Positions 50,390-62,400 of a stretch of 64,000 nucleotides of DNA are shown here, one piece after another (position 1 is the stretch's first letter; every line of letters starts with the position of its first letter). This DNA comes from Octopus vulgaris. Its lineage: Eukaryota. The translations under genes and the position numbers were made by a program. The stretch is from the NCBI GenBank assembly GCA_951406725.2, contig OX597827.1:38502001-38566000 (forward strand), given 5' to 3'. A model generated the notes under the pieces. The model worked only from the letters and a program-made list of their open reading frames with translations, was not told the DNA's origin and made no database searches.

Positions 50390-50804
50390 GGATCTTTTCG
50401 GTTTGAACGGCAGTTTTTTAAAATAATTTCCACATAACTAAACACTTTTAAACTTCGTATACTGGTAGAATGTGTTTATAAAACATCTTTTCTCTTGGCT
50501 TTATTGAGAAAATTCTATAGTTTGTAAGATATTTGTTGTTGTTTTTCTTCAATTTCTGCAATTTCAACCAATCAATGACGTCTATTGAGGTGAAAACATT
50601 CTGTGCCGTATGAAAATGTCCCTCGTTTAAGAAACAGATTGGGTTTATTTACATTTCTGAAGAAAAAAAGATAACCTTCCCCCGCCCCTAACCCTAACCC
50701 TAAAATAGATTGAAATGCAATAGATCGATACTAGGGTCATAATTATGGGTGACAATTTCATATGACACCGCTAGAAAAAACTGCCGTTCAAACCGAAAAG
50801 ATCC
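50390..50804. mobile_element. 415-bp MITE with perfect 30-bp TIRs and 8-bp TSD
   Basis: TIR GGATCTTTTCGGTTTGAACGGCAGTTTTTT at both ends; flanks TTAGTCAC (50382-50389) and TTGGTCAC (50805-50812). Confidence 0.92.
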
Positions 50805-53786
50805 TTGGTCACGATCGAGGACAAGTCACCAGATATGCTGCTGCTGCCCGTTTATCATAATTTAGCTAACAGTTTCAAATTTAAACCCTTCAACAAGTGC
50901 TGCTGACATGAGAATGAAATAAAATATTATAGATACAAGGGCGGGATTTGAACTCAGAATTCCACTTTTTCTCTACAGTATGTTTTTATCCTAGGGAAAT
51001 CTTAACGTTAAAAAAATAACTAAATGTTATTTCAGTGAAACAAAGTAAAATTAAGAAAACGTGTTTTTACTGAGCAGTAGTCAACTTGCCATCGTCATTT
51101 AACAAACATGGCAGTGACAGTAAACAAGAGTTCTACAACAGAGCGTTTTTTGTTCGGTTTCATTTTCCCTCTTCTTTCAGTATCATTTATTTTCCTTCTG
51201 CTCTTTTATAAATGTGAACATGTTGAACAATTATTTTTAACAATGTTCAAGTAACTTCTAAACTTCGCGTGATTGTTTTCCTTCCTTCCTTAATAAAAAC
51301 GACTTGGACTTGCCCTCACACTGATCTGTATTTATACTACCTAGATTTATAGATCCGTAAATCGGTTAAAATAACAACCCTTAACTGCAGCATTAAACTT
51401 AAACAGAGCCAACGAAAGCAAACAAGATATAAGTATTGTCGAAGATTAGATCATAGTATTCGCATTTGCGATATTCCATAATGTCTTTAAATTCCCGTTT
51501 AGGAACTTCCTTTAACTGCAGTTAGATTCAAATGATTAAAAAAAAACTGAAGCCATAATAAATGGAGAAATTGCAAGTAAAAGATGCTAAATGTTTCAAA
51601 CGACTAACAAAAGAGAACACATAAAACAATATTATTCTAAAGGAACAATGAATAAACTAAAGATAGAGTGGTTACTACTAGAATGCTTTTGTTTGTAAGC
51701 TTACTTCATGAATGACGTGGAGCTCAACAACAGCGAACATTTGAACGCTGCAAATGTTTATATACTCTTATAAATTGATAATCAACAACAAAAAAAACGC
51801 ATTTCTTTTAAAAGCTCGAAATGAGGTTAAATGTCGTGAACATGTGCTTGTGTATGCAACCACATTATTCAAGATTGTTTATATTTTTATAAGAAACTTT
51901 ACACGATTGACATTAGCGGGTTAAGAAGGAGAGATGAGTAAATCTTGATGAATTGTTGAATAACAATTAAACATGTTTGTTTAGTTTGATCTTCATCTTC
52001 TTGGAAAGGCCTTCGTGAGGTTAATTTCACAAGACCAAATACACACGGGTATGTGTCAATTATGAACTAACAGGATGCCGAAACATTTTTTCTTTTTAAC
52101 AATTGTTCTTCCGAGTGACTATTTTAATCAAAACTAACCCACCCCGTGTCGAATTCTGTTTCATAAACGTCCATATCTCCATTCTGATGCATAAATTTGT
52201 AAATCTTCATAAAGATTTCGAGAGGGAGTTTCGGAATAGCCATCACTAACCTCATGAAGAACGAAAAAGGGCGGGGGTGAATTGATGTTAAAATTTTTTT
52301 TTAATTCTAAGAGTTTTAATTTCTAAACATAAAACTCTTTCTGAATCGTAAATCCTGCTGTATGAAATACAGGGATACTAAAACAATGAAGGAAAAACTA
52401 CCCAATTCCTTGCCCCTTTTCTTTCCCCATGAGATAGTGACAACCATTCAAAACTCTACCAATTTCGATTTTGCTATCGATTTCTCCTCACAGTTAAACT
52501 TGTTTGTAACGGAACACACCAACGAGCATTGTAAGAAGAATATTAGAGCTAGCACTCAGGTAATCTTCAAAATTCTGCTACTATGATCTAAAACAAAAAT
52601 TCCTAAGAAACTGTATATTGATTTTGTAGGTATTCGAACCACAACCACAAGATATTCAGTTAGGGATCACGAGTGAGCCACCACAATTTCACGTGATTGA
52701 TCTATAAATTGACCAATCAGCGCAAAGCTGGAACGTGATATGGCTCTTTAGACGATCTAATATTCGCCCCTTTTCCACCCTACAAAAACCGTTTGGCGCA
52801 TAACTTAGCCAGACGGTCTTCTACATTCGCATAGACCACCTTGGGCACTCACAGAAGGCAGACCACTAAGACCAGACTACGTCGAGCAAGAAACAACTTT
52901 GGACACTCACACATGATGTACCACACCTAGTATTCTATAAGACACAGCGCGGTTCTCCTCCCAGTCGGCGATTATATTATCAGCATCTTTCTTTTGTAAA
53001 CAGCCAACGCAGTAAATCATGCCCAGCAATATGTTTAAAGTTCTTGAGTTGCTTCATTTATTATACATGCAGCCAGCTACAACACACGACAATGGTCTTC
53101 AACCAACATCTACATCAACAAGCAACCACCACAACAATGGTAAACAATCCACTTCGCGGCAATTTTTTTTATGTCTCTTAATGATTGGAAAATTTTATCT
53201 TCTAATCCAAATTAGCAATTGTTGGATAACTTCGAAGTTCTTGATGATTAACAAACAATACATTCAAATATTTATAACATAAACTTCTCCCAATAAAAGT
53301 ATCGGGCAACCTTGAAATCCCTTGGGGAATCTGATGATCAGCAATGCATTTAAATATTTATAACATATTAAACTTCTCTCAATATACAAAAAGTTGAACG
53401 TTTTTTGTTTTCTAGACCTCAATATTTTATAATAAAACATGTAAACTTCCCAAGAGATATCACAATTAGTGTCAACGCTATCGAACTTTCTAACACCTAC
53501 AAATTCTCTTTGTCTTATTACCATTGTTGCTAACACACATTCATTCCAATGCATCCTTTCCCCACTTTGTTTATCTGAGTTGGCTGTGGTCTGACGATGA
53601 TTTGATCGTTATTTCTAGTCGAAAACCCACTTTCTGTAAACGACCGTGCGAAGTGAGGTGACGCGAATGGCTTCTTTGCACATTACACGGTCGATACAAT
53701 AAATATGAAAAGAATAAATGCGTATATGTGTCAGAAGGAAAAGAGAGACACAACCGGGTAGAATGTTTAAGAGATTTTATTAGTAG

Positions 53787-54740
53787 TGTTACGGAATCCC
53801 CGCGAAAGTTGCTACGGAATCCCACCTGCCGTCGCTCAAACTCGAACTCGGGATCCCAACAAGTCGAGCGACGACGATTGACCAGGCCCGAACGATCGGC
53901 GATTGTTCGTCACGGAACCCAGAGAGGAGAGAGACAACAACAGCAGCAGCAGCAAGAAGAGACACAGAGGCAATCGGCCTACATTTAACGACAGTTTATA
54001 ACACTTTATAATTGTTACAACATCAAATACATATCAGATACATCAAAGAGGAAATACATGCAAGTAACAACACATCAAATGCAATAACAACAGCATTTCA
54101 AGAAAACAACAAATTAATACAGGTATACAACAGATCACAGCATTCGGGTACAATAACGGTTCAGATTGATGCAATATACAGTCCGGAGACAACAGTTCTG
54201 TTTCAAATCACATTAACGTTACAGTTCAAATCACATTAAAGGCATATATGTTCAATGTTCATTAAAGACTACAACAGAGCCTTTCTTTTTCTCTCTTTCT
54301 TTTACATAGGTAACACAACTCAATAATCAACACATCAACAAGTCCTTTACTCACTTCTGTAACAGTTCGTTATAGTCTCTTTACATAATTCACATATCAA
54401 CACATACCGTTACATCAGCCAATGCCTCACAATGCCTAACCCTCTGTATATCTCTCTCTGTCACAGCAGAACAAACCATTACTAACTCGCTGTACAATCC
54501 AACTGCCAACTGCTTGCCCTGAATCCCAAATCCTGACTGTCTCTCTCACTCACAAACTGAACTGCTTATTTAAGGGGTGTCTACAACGAACTTTCCCTGA
54601 CCGGCACAAGGCCAAAGGTCCCCTAAAAGCTCATTACTCTTTCTAAAACAAAGGACTATAACTTTGTATTGTAGACTTTCAGTCTCCAAACCAAGCAAAG
54701 TAGGTCAAGAAGTACTGTACCAGCTGAACTATTCACAACA
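53787..54740 (-). mobile_element. Solo LTR (~950 bp), Gypsy-like
   Basis: The minus strand starts TGTTGTG and ends CCGTAACA; TATA-like CCCTTAAATAAG near 54570; 4-bp flanks GTAG/ATAG (one mismatch). Confidence 0.6.
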
Positions 54741-56458
54741 ATAGGTTACCATGTGTGTCTGTGTGTGCGTCATATATACATAATAATAGACAGGCCGTCA
54801 TGAGAACAAAGTGTGTGCATACAAACATGGATGTATGCGTGTGCAATAAGTACAGAGCATTGAAAGAGTCTATAATATGACGTTAGAAGGATGTTCAGAC
54901 ACAAGAATGATAAATAACAGTTCGTCGTTAAGGTACACAATAGTTGAAATGTTGTATCAAGAAGTTGTGGCAATAATGCAGAGCCTATTGAGGTATATGT
55001 CGTACGTGAAGTCATGGTTACGATGCTGCTGCCGGTCACTTGGTACAAGAAGTTCTCGCAGGTTGTATTTGCTGCTAATCAAGGTGAAGTAATTCACAAA
55101 CAGTGTTGTGTTATAACTTGTGCGAATGTTGCTGGTTGCTGTGTACGTAGAGAGATGATGTTGATGTTAAGACGAATGGTGGCGACAGAGATGTGAGGTT
55201 GCTGAATGCTGCTGGACGAAGTTGATGGGTCTCCATGTGGCTGCTGTTGTGTTGTCGTTGGAACTGGCTGTGTCCTGTGTGGTCAGTGGCTAGACCTTAA
55301 AAGGTCTGGAACCGAAAGATCTCGACTCGATGTGGAGCTAGAGTTTTATAGGGTGCAGTCGGCTCACCGGAGGTTTAGAAGAGACTGTCTCATGTGACCT
55401 TATCAGAAGGCTGCGATTGGTTGGGTTGCATATTGGCGCGCAATAGAGCAAGAGACAAGTTGCGTCAATACCAACCAGAGTAGTGGACACAACAGGGTCC
55501 AAAAGGGCGGCCGAAGGTTAGCTGTTATCTACTACGTCCGTATTTATGTATATATAACAGAGAGAGAGGAATTTCTCTCAAGCGTACGCAACAGATCCAG
55601 CAGATCTTTGACTAAAGACGTTCCAGTTGAAACTATCTCATCTTTTTCTTCATATAATGTATCGATTATCACAATATCTAATGTCCTGTCTCTTGAAAGT
55701 AGAAAAACTCGAATTATTCGTCTACGATTTCTACAATCTCAAGCTACCTTCCCTGACTTATTACTAACCATTAATAATGCAGAGTATATTCCACACAAAC
55801 ATCACCTTTTGTTAAATTAGGGTTATAACAGTTGACTTCAACTCCATTTTCGATCACACGTAAATTTATTATGCGTGTAGATCCCCATTTCAGCCAATCA
55901 GAACTTTTTATTCACATGATAGGTTCTAGAATTTTCTTTCAATGAAGGCATTAAATAGAGGCTTTTCGTGCGAGAAAACAGTGAATTCGGATTTCGCTGA
56001 ATTCAGTCCCAGACGAATTCCTCTCGGTAATAGCTATTTTTACGGCTTCATACTCAAACCAGCGCAATACTCTCAATAACTGATTTTATGGTTATATACC
56101 CAACCCAGAGATGGATGACGAATCTACGCAGCCATACGTAATTGCAGCGATATGAAAAACCAGTCTAATCGTCAATTATCTGTTGAAAATCTTCAGCACC
56201 TGTAAAACACGATGTTCTTATAAGACTAATTCTTTCTGTATTGCATGAAGTCTTGTAATAACGTAGCAATAAATTCTGTATATAAACTGACACCAAGTCT
56301 TTGTCATAATTAACGCTACAAGGTAGATGATTACCTAAACGCAGATTTCATAACTTATTATATATATATGATTTTGATTTTTCCAGTTTCAGCTCATGAG
56401 CTGTGGCCATGCTGGGGCACCGCCATTTGGTTTGCTACATGATTTTACCTCACGAATG

Positions 56459-56500
<42 letters not shown>

Positions 56501-56869
56501 GGAAGACGGCTTATATAGACGATAATGAGAGAGTATGTTGCAATATTGGCAGGATTAAGATAACAAACACAAGAAACCAAGAAACTGAAGTTTGGAAAAG
56601 GAAACAGAATAAAAGAAATTGTAAGATAACAACGAATATTTTAAACATTAATATACACGAACTAATGAATACCTAAGTAAGTGCTTAAAAATGCGATTGG
56701 CAGATTTGTTAGAACGTCGGACAAACTGCCAGCGATAGTTACGGGTCAAGTTCTTTGTTCAAATCCTGGCAAATTGTACCTTTTAACCTTTCGACTCGAT
56801 GAAATAAAGTACCAGTGAGTAACTGAGATAGATTAAGTAAGCATCACTACAGAAGTGGGTTCCTAGGAT

Positions 56870-57440
56870 TTGTATCCTCATAACTTTCTATAAAATGAAT
56901 ACTTTTTAATGAAATTTTCTACAAATACCTTTCAGATGGTATAAATTATAACTATATCGGAATTTGTGGAAAATTTTTTAGAGGAGGATGAGAGGAGTTT
57001 CAGATAGATAACGCGCCCCGGCTTTGGTTTTTCATTTAACTTTCTGTAAAACGAATACTTTTTAAGGAAATTTTCTACAAATATTTTTCAGACTGTATAG
57101 ATTACGATTATATCAGAATTTGTGGGAAAATTTTCGGGGGAGGGTGAAAGAAGTTTCAAATAATTATCACGCATTGAAATTTGTTTGCTCATAATTTCAG
57201 AAAAATGGGTATTTTTTAATGAAAATTTCTACAAATACCTTTCAGAAGTTGCAGATTAAGATTATATCAGATTTAGAGTGTAAAAAAAAGGGGGTAGGGC
57301 GGATATTTTGCACACCTCGAATTTGTTTCCTTCTACGTTTTTAATGTAGATTACAATTATTTTGAAAAATATACTTTTGAAGATTATTCCACTCTTTCCC
57401 TTTTAGAATTTAATTATTTTTTAAAACAAAAATGAAATTT
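56870..57440. repeat. Degenerate ~150-bp tandem units (GAAATTTTCTACAAATACCTTTCAG...GAATTTGTGG)
   Basis: Three to four diverged units; the same motif family forms the arms at 62401-63179 and recurs at ~63890. Confidence 0.75.
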
Positions 57441-57482
57441 TCCAGAACGCAGGTGTGGCTGTGTGGGAAGAAGCTTGCTTCC

Positions 57483-58600
57483 GATATATCGTTTGTTAGT
57501 CGAATTGCTGTCTTTGTATCACACGTGTTTTTTGGTTGTCTTGGCGGTGCGGCGTTTTCCCTCTTGTGTAATGGAGGGGCGTCGTGTGATGATTTGTGAA
57601 GATTTGAATTACTCTTCTTCAGACTTTGTGTCGTCTGAGGAAGAAATGGTAAAGGGTTTGAAGAAAACTGACGAAGTTAATGGAAACGAAGAATATGCAA
57701 AGGTGACGAAGAAAAAAGCGAAGATATAAGGCTGGAGGAATTGAATAAATTCAAGGAAATTATTAAAAGGGAGGGGAACGAGTAAAGGTGCCCCCCCCCC
57801 TCCAAAGATGTTTTAAAAGAAAAAAATGAGAAAACATACTCGGTAGCAGCTAGGCAGATTAAAGTCATGTTAATGGCTCAAATAGAAAAGGCACTTAAGC
57901 CAATCTGGCAGGGAATTACCTACCTTGTCAGAGGTAGAAAATTTGGAGCAGTAGAGGTGCGGTTTCGGGAGGTAGCTACTACCAGGCTGCACTCAACAAC
58001 AACATCAAAAACGGATGAAGTGCTACTTCTACCTATATACCTTGGGAGACGTGCTTCCAGAGCTAGGGTGGAAGACACACCCCCAGAAGTGGATGTAGCC
58101 TGACTGATAGCTGCCATACTGCTAGGCATGGAGGAAAAGGTGGTGGTCCTCCAGGCCACCAGAACACTCCACAGGAATTGGCAAGAGCAAAAAAATGGAC
58201 ATGGTAATACAGGTTGCCTCGGAAGATATTGAAAGTATGGTAGAGATTATTACGGTCGGTGACGTTACACTAAAAGTCAGAGTGTTAAGGAGGATTCCGC
58301 GGTGCAATAAATGTGGCCTGAAAGGTCACATTAGAGCGGATTGTCCTCCACTATCTGTGAAGGCTAGGGAAAGTCAAGACCCCGAGAAAGTAGTTGACAC
58401 TCCACTATGTGGAGGCATGAGAAGGAGAGTGAAACGGCACCACAGACGAAAAGAAGTACCAGCGTGGAGGAAGAGGAGGTGAACACCAGCTGGGAAACGG
58501 CGGGAAAAAAGAGAACGAAGAAGAGAAATAAGACACGTAGTAAAGGACGATCCCCAACCCACACCTATAGCCATTCTACTCCAACCACTCCCTACAGACA
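57483..58600 (+). pseudogene. Decayed retroelement ORF1/gag-like sequence with CCHC zinc knuckle (L1/Tx1-like)
   Basis: RCNKCGLKGHIRADCP (CX2CX4HX4C, 58303-58344), preceded by an RRM-like segment and followed by WETAGKKRTKKR; contains stops and frameshifts, with no ORF2. Confidence 0.75.
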
Positions 58601-58927
58601 CCAACCATTTCTTATATATATTTTTCCAGCTGACAGACAGACGTATAAGCACAAACATATACTTACATACACAAAAATACATAAACGTAAGTGTTTCGTG
58701 AAAACGTGTGTATTTATGTATATATGTGAGTGTGTGTGCGAGTTGTGTTCGAGTGTTTCATTGTTTCAACTCGCCTGTGGACATGAAAGACAACGGGTGT
58801 ACGTGTTGTGCGTCCATGTTTTTCAAATATCAGCTGAAAAAAAATTAAAGGTATAAAAATATATTACGGAAATTGCAAAACAAATAGTTTCTAGTGATAT
58901 TCATATCCGAAAGATAACCCTAAAAAA

Positions 58928-59380
58928 CTGTGGAGTGTTCTGGTGGCCTGGAGGACCACCACCTTTTCCTCCATGCCTAGCAGTATGGCAGCTATCAGTC
59001 AGGCTACATCCACTTCTGGGGGTGTGTCTTCCACCCTAGCTCTGGAAGCACGTCTCCCAAGGTATACAGGTAGAAGTAGCACTTCATCCGTTTTTGATGT
59101 TGTTGTTGAGTGCAGCCTGGTAGTAGCTACCTCCCGAAACCGCACCTCTACTGCTCCAAATTTTCTACCTCTGACAAGGTAGGTAATTCCCTGCCAGATT
59201 GGCTTAAGTATCACACGTGTTTTTTGGTTGACTTGGCGGTGCGGCGTTTTCCCTCTTGTGTAATGGAGGGGCGTCGTGTGATAATTATTTGAAACTTCTT
59301 TCACCCTCCCCCGAAAATTTTCCCACAAATTCTGATATAATCGTAATCTATACAGTCTGAAAAATATTTGTAGAAAATTT
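58928..59380. repeat. Mosaic of three locally templated segments (inverted-direct-inverted)
   Basis: 58928-59209 = revcomp 57893-58174; 59208-59282 = 57516-57590; 59278-59380 = revcomp 57068-57170. Confidence 0.95.
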
Positions 59381-60712
59381 GGTATAGATTCCATGAGATT
59401 AAATTTATCTCATTGAATGACGAAACGCATGTGATTGGGAAAACCCAATCTACAGTTTTCTAAGTGACCAAAGCAGGATGTAGATCACGGTTATGTTGAC
59501 AAAATTCAGGAAAAAGAGAAGGAAAATTTTGAAAGAGTTTCGAATCATTCTTTCTCCCCACAACTTTGCTACCACCAATTTCCGTAACTTGGGCATTTTT
59601 TTCACTTTTTCCTTTGTCGGTATAATGCTTAAACGTCAGTATTACGTAATCTTACACCCTCGAAAACTTATCTTTGCAAAATTTCAATAATAATAATAAT
59701 AAGCATGCATTTTTCGCAAAGTTATAAGGAAATAAATTTAACTTCCAGACTCCAGTTATGCCCCCCCCCCATATATATTCTTTTACTTGTTTCAGTCATT
59801 CTGACTGCGGCCATGCTGGAGCACCACCTTTAGTCGAACAAATCGGCCCAAGGACTTATTCTTTGTAAGCCTAGTACTTGTTCTATTGATTTCTTTTGCC
59901 GAACCGCTAGATAACGGGGACGTAAACACACCAACATCGGTTGCCAAGCGATGGTGGTGGGGGACAAACTCTGACACAAATACATACACATACATATCCA
60001 TACACACACACACACATATATATATATATACGACGGGCTTCTTTCAGTTTCCGTCTACCAAATCCACTCACAAGGCTTTAGTCGGCCCGTGACTATAGTA
60101 GAAGACACTTGCCCAAAATACCACGCAGTGAGACTGAACCCGGAACCATGTTGTTGGGAAGCAAGCTTCTAAGGATCTTACCACACAGACACTCCTATAT
60201 ATATTTATAATTCTTATTACTTTTATTCATTTTGATCGGCAGAAGTTATAAGGTGACCCAAGGGCTGAGAGTCTTGTGCATGGTACTTACCAAATCTGAA
60301 ACTAGTTTGATAAGTGTCATACAAGAAACTGAGTCACTTTGCAGCTTCTGACGATTAGAAATATTAATAATAATTGTTTCTACAATAGGCACAAGGCTTG
60401 GAATTTCGGGGGAGGAGGCTAGTCGATTACATCGACCCCTGTGCTTGACTGGTACTTATTTTATCAACCCAATAGGATGAAAAGCAAAGTCGACCTCGGC
60501 GAATTATGAACTCAGAATATGAAGACGGACAAAATGCCACCAAGCATTTTGCTCGACGTGCTAACGATTTTGCCAGAGTTTTATTTATTCCATTTCTCTC
60601 AAACCCATATATATTTATAGTTAATCCAAACATGAAAACACAAAGAGAAAACACAACAACGCGAGGACGTGGAACAAGTATAGTATTATTGGACGCTCAG
60701 GAAAGAAGGAGG

Positions 60713-60747
60713 GTTTAACGTTTCGAGCGGAGCTCTTCGTCAGAAAC
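60713..60747 (-). ncRNA. Minimal hammerhead ribozyme motif in a Penelope-like repeat
   Basis: GTTT-CTGACGA-A-GAGC-TCC-GCTC-GAAAC-GTT-AAAC: stem I GTTT/AAAC, 4-bp stem II, palindromic ACGT stem III (dimer type). Confidence 0.75.
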
Positions 60748-60995
60748 ATAGGAAAAGGAAAGGTCCAAAGAAGGGAAGACAGAGGGGAAAAAATCGCCAA
60801 CGGTACACACGCGGTCACATTTTGACCGCAATATATATATATATATTGCGAAGATAATCTGGTACTTGACTGAGGAAAGAAAACTTCGAATGACCCGTCC
60901 TTATTTTCTTTGTATCGTCTATCTGGATGTTTTTTGTTGTCCCATTTTTGAATCACCTACCTGTCTTGATGTTTTGCATTCTTGTCCCATTTTGG

Positions 60996-61046
<51 letters not shown>

Positions 61047-61990
61047 GTTTACGCATTTGTTTTGCAAATATTTTTATTTCCTGGTGTGAAATCGTGTGTT
61101 GAAACTGATATCGTTATATTTCGGGATGGTCTTCTTTTTTTTTTTTTTTTGGCCACATAAACGAACATATATATAGTACGTGTATTAATTTGACGAGGAA
61201 AACAATGACCGTCCCGAAATATAACAACATATATATATATATATTAGAAAACAATACTAGGAGATTTATGATGGTCTGTATCAGTTGAAAATGTGTTTAG
61301 TGTAAACTTCTGGAAGTGGCACCAGAAGAAAGTGTGAAGTTTCTCCACATGCGAACTTAAATAAAACTTTAAACTTTACCTACATGTGTATATATGCTGA
61401 CATAGTTTTCAATTTCCGCAGTTGAGATAACATCGAAATACTTTGGTTAGTGGTTTAAGAATTGGATAGTGAGAAGAAAAAAAACATTTGCTGGTGTAGA
61501 AGAAAAAGTATCACAAATGAATGACATGAGACATAGCTACTTGTCAATTCTTGTTTATCTTAAAATATTATATCGTTGACATGAATTTTAGTACCTGTAG
61601 CTAAAATATGTTAACCAAGAAATTCTTCAGTTGGTCAAGTTAATAAAATTTAAAACGAAAGTAGCTTTTTTTTTTTAATGAAACCGAGTGATTTTACAAG
61701 AGTCACAAACTTCTGTATTGTGATTGACATAAAGAAAACAAAAATTTTGGCAACAAAATATTGGAGGTTAGGTAGCAGGAGTTTAAATGTTCGAGGCATG
61801 CAACTTCTGCGAGTGAATGGTACGGTTGATAGAAACCAAAATACGATTTTCAATCTGGCATCTAGACGGCTTAAGAGATTGATACAATGGATTTTGGCTG
61901 CAGTTTAATTAGAAAAATGAAAGAAGGAAAGAGAATTGATGCAGAATTTTAGATGTTTAGAGAAGAAAACAATTCCATAAAAGTTCTTAC

Positions 61991-62005
61991 CCGACGTGAC
62001 GCCAT
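61991..62005 (-). CDS. SGCB: Candidate first coding exon of SGCB (MASRR, phase 0)
   Basis: aagATGGCGTCACGTCGG|GTAAGA on the minus strand: strong start context, canonical phase-0 donor matching exon 2, CCAAT box just upstream. It would complete a 942-nt CDS (313 aa). No homology support, and an alternative candidate lies at 51090-51098. Confidence 0.55.
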
Positions 62006-62055
62006 CTTCGTGAAGTGTTAGGAAATAACAGAATCCTTCTCTCTGATTGGCTGGA
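61998..62055 (-). promoter_or_regulatory. Putative promoter: CCAAT box and YY1-like AAGATGGCG
   Basis: CCAGCCAATCAGAG on the minus strand (ATTGG at 62046-62050) lies ~40 bp upstream of AAGATGGCG, in non-repetitive CpG-containing sequence. Confidence 0.5.
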
Positions 62056-62400
62056 GCTAAAATGGATGAGTGTGAGTCTGTGAGTGTGAAGGGAAGAAGG
62101 TACCTTGCCGTTGCTAGGTCAATTCCAAACAAGTAGATCCATGATGCAAGGCATACCAGCCATGACCATTACATCTTATGGAGTTGTGGTATATCCAAGA
62201 TTATATTTTTCGATATGTCCTTTTATAACACGATTTAAAGAATAGCTAATTTTATTGAACATTTTGGAAGTCTAACTCCTATGTAATTATATGTAATTAT
62301 ATGTAATTATTAATTTTTATTTGACTGGTTATCGATCCCGACAAAATGAAAGACGAGCAGCATAAACAACCACTAATTTAAACAGTTAACACCCAACCAC

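Noticed and set aside
50686-50703. Interstitial telomere as a chromosome-fusion relic
   Set aside because: Only three units, and they lie inside a TIR element.
52850-52910. Minus-strand ATG with GTGAGT donors as SGCB exon 1
   Set aside because: The donors fall in phase 1 or 2, incompatible with phase-0 exon 2, and the region lies in an LTR-like repeat.
53585-53630. Hammerhead-like CTGACGA...GAAA
   Set aside because: Stem II is plausible, but stem III and the cleavage triplet are missing.
61112-61228. Short inverted repeat with TTGACGA...CGAAATATA
   Set aside because: Possibly another Penelope-type terminus, but stem I cannot be formed and C3 is absent; too weak to call.
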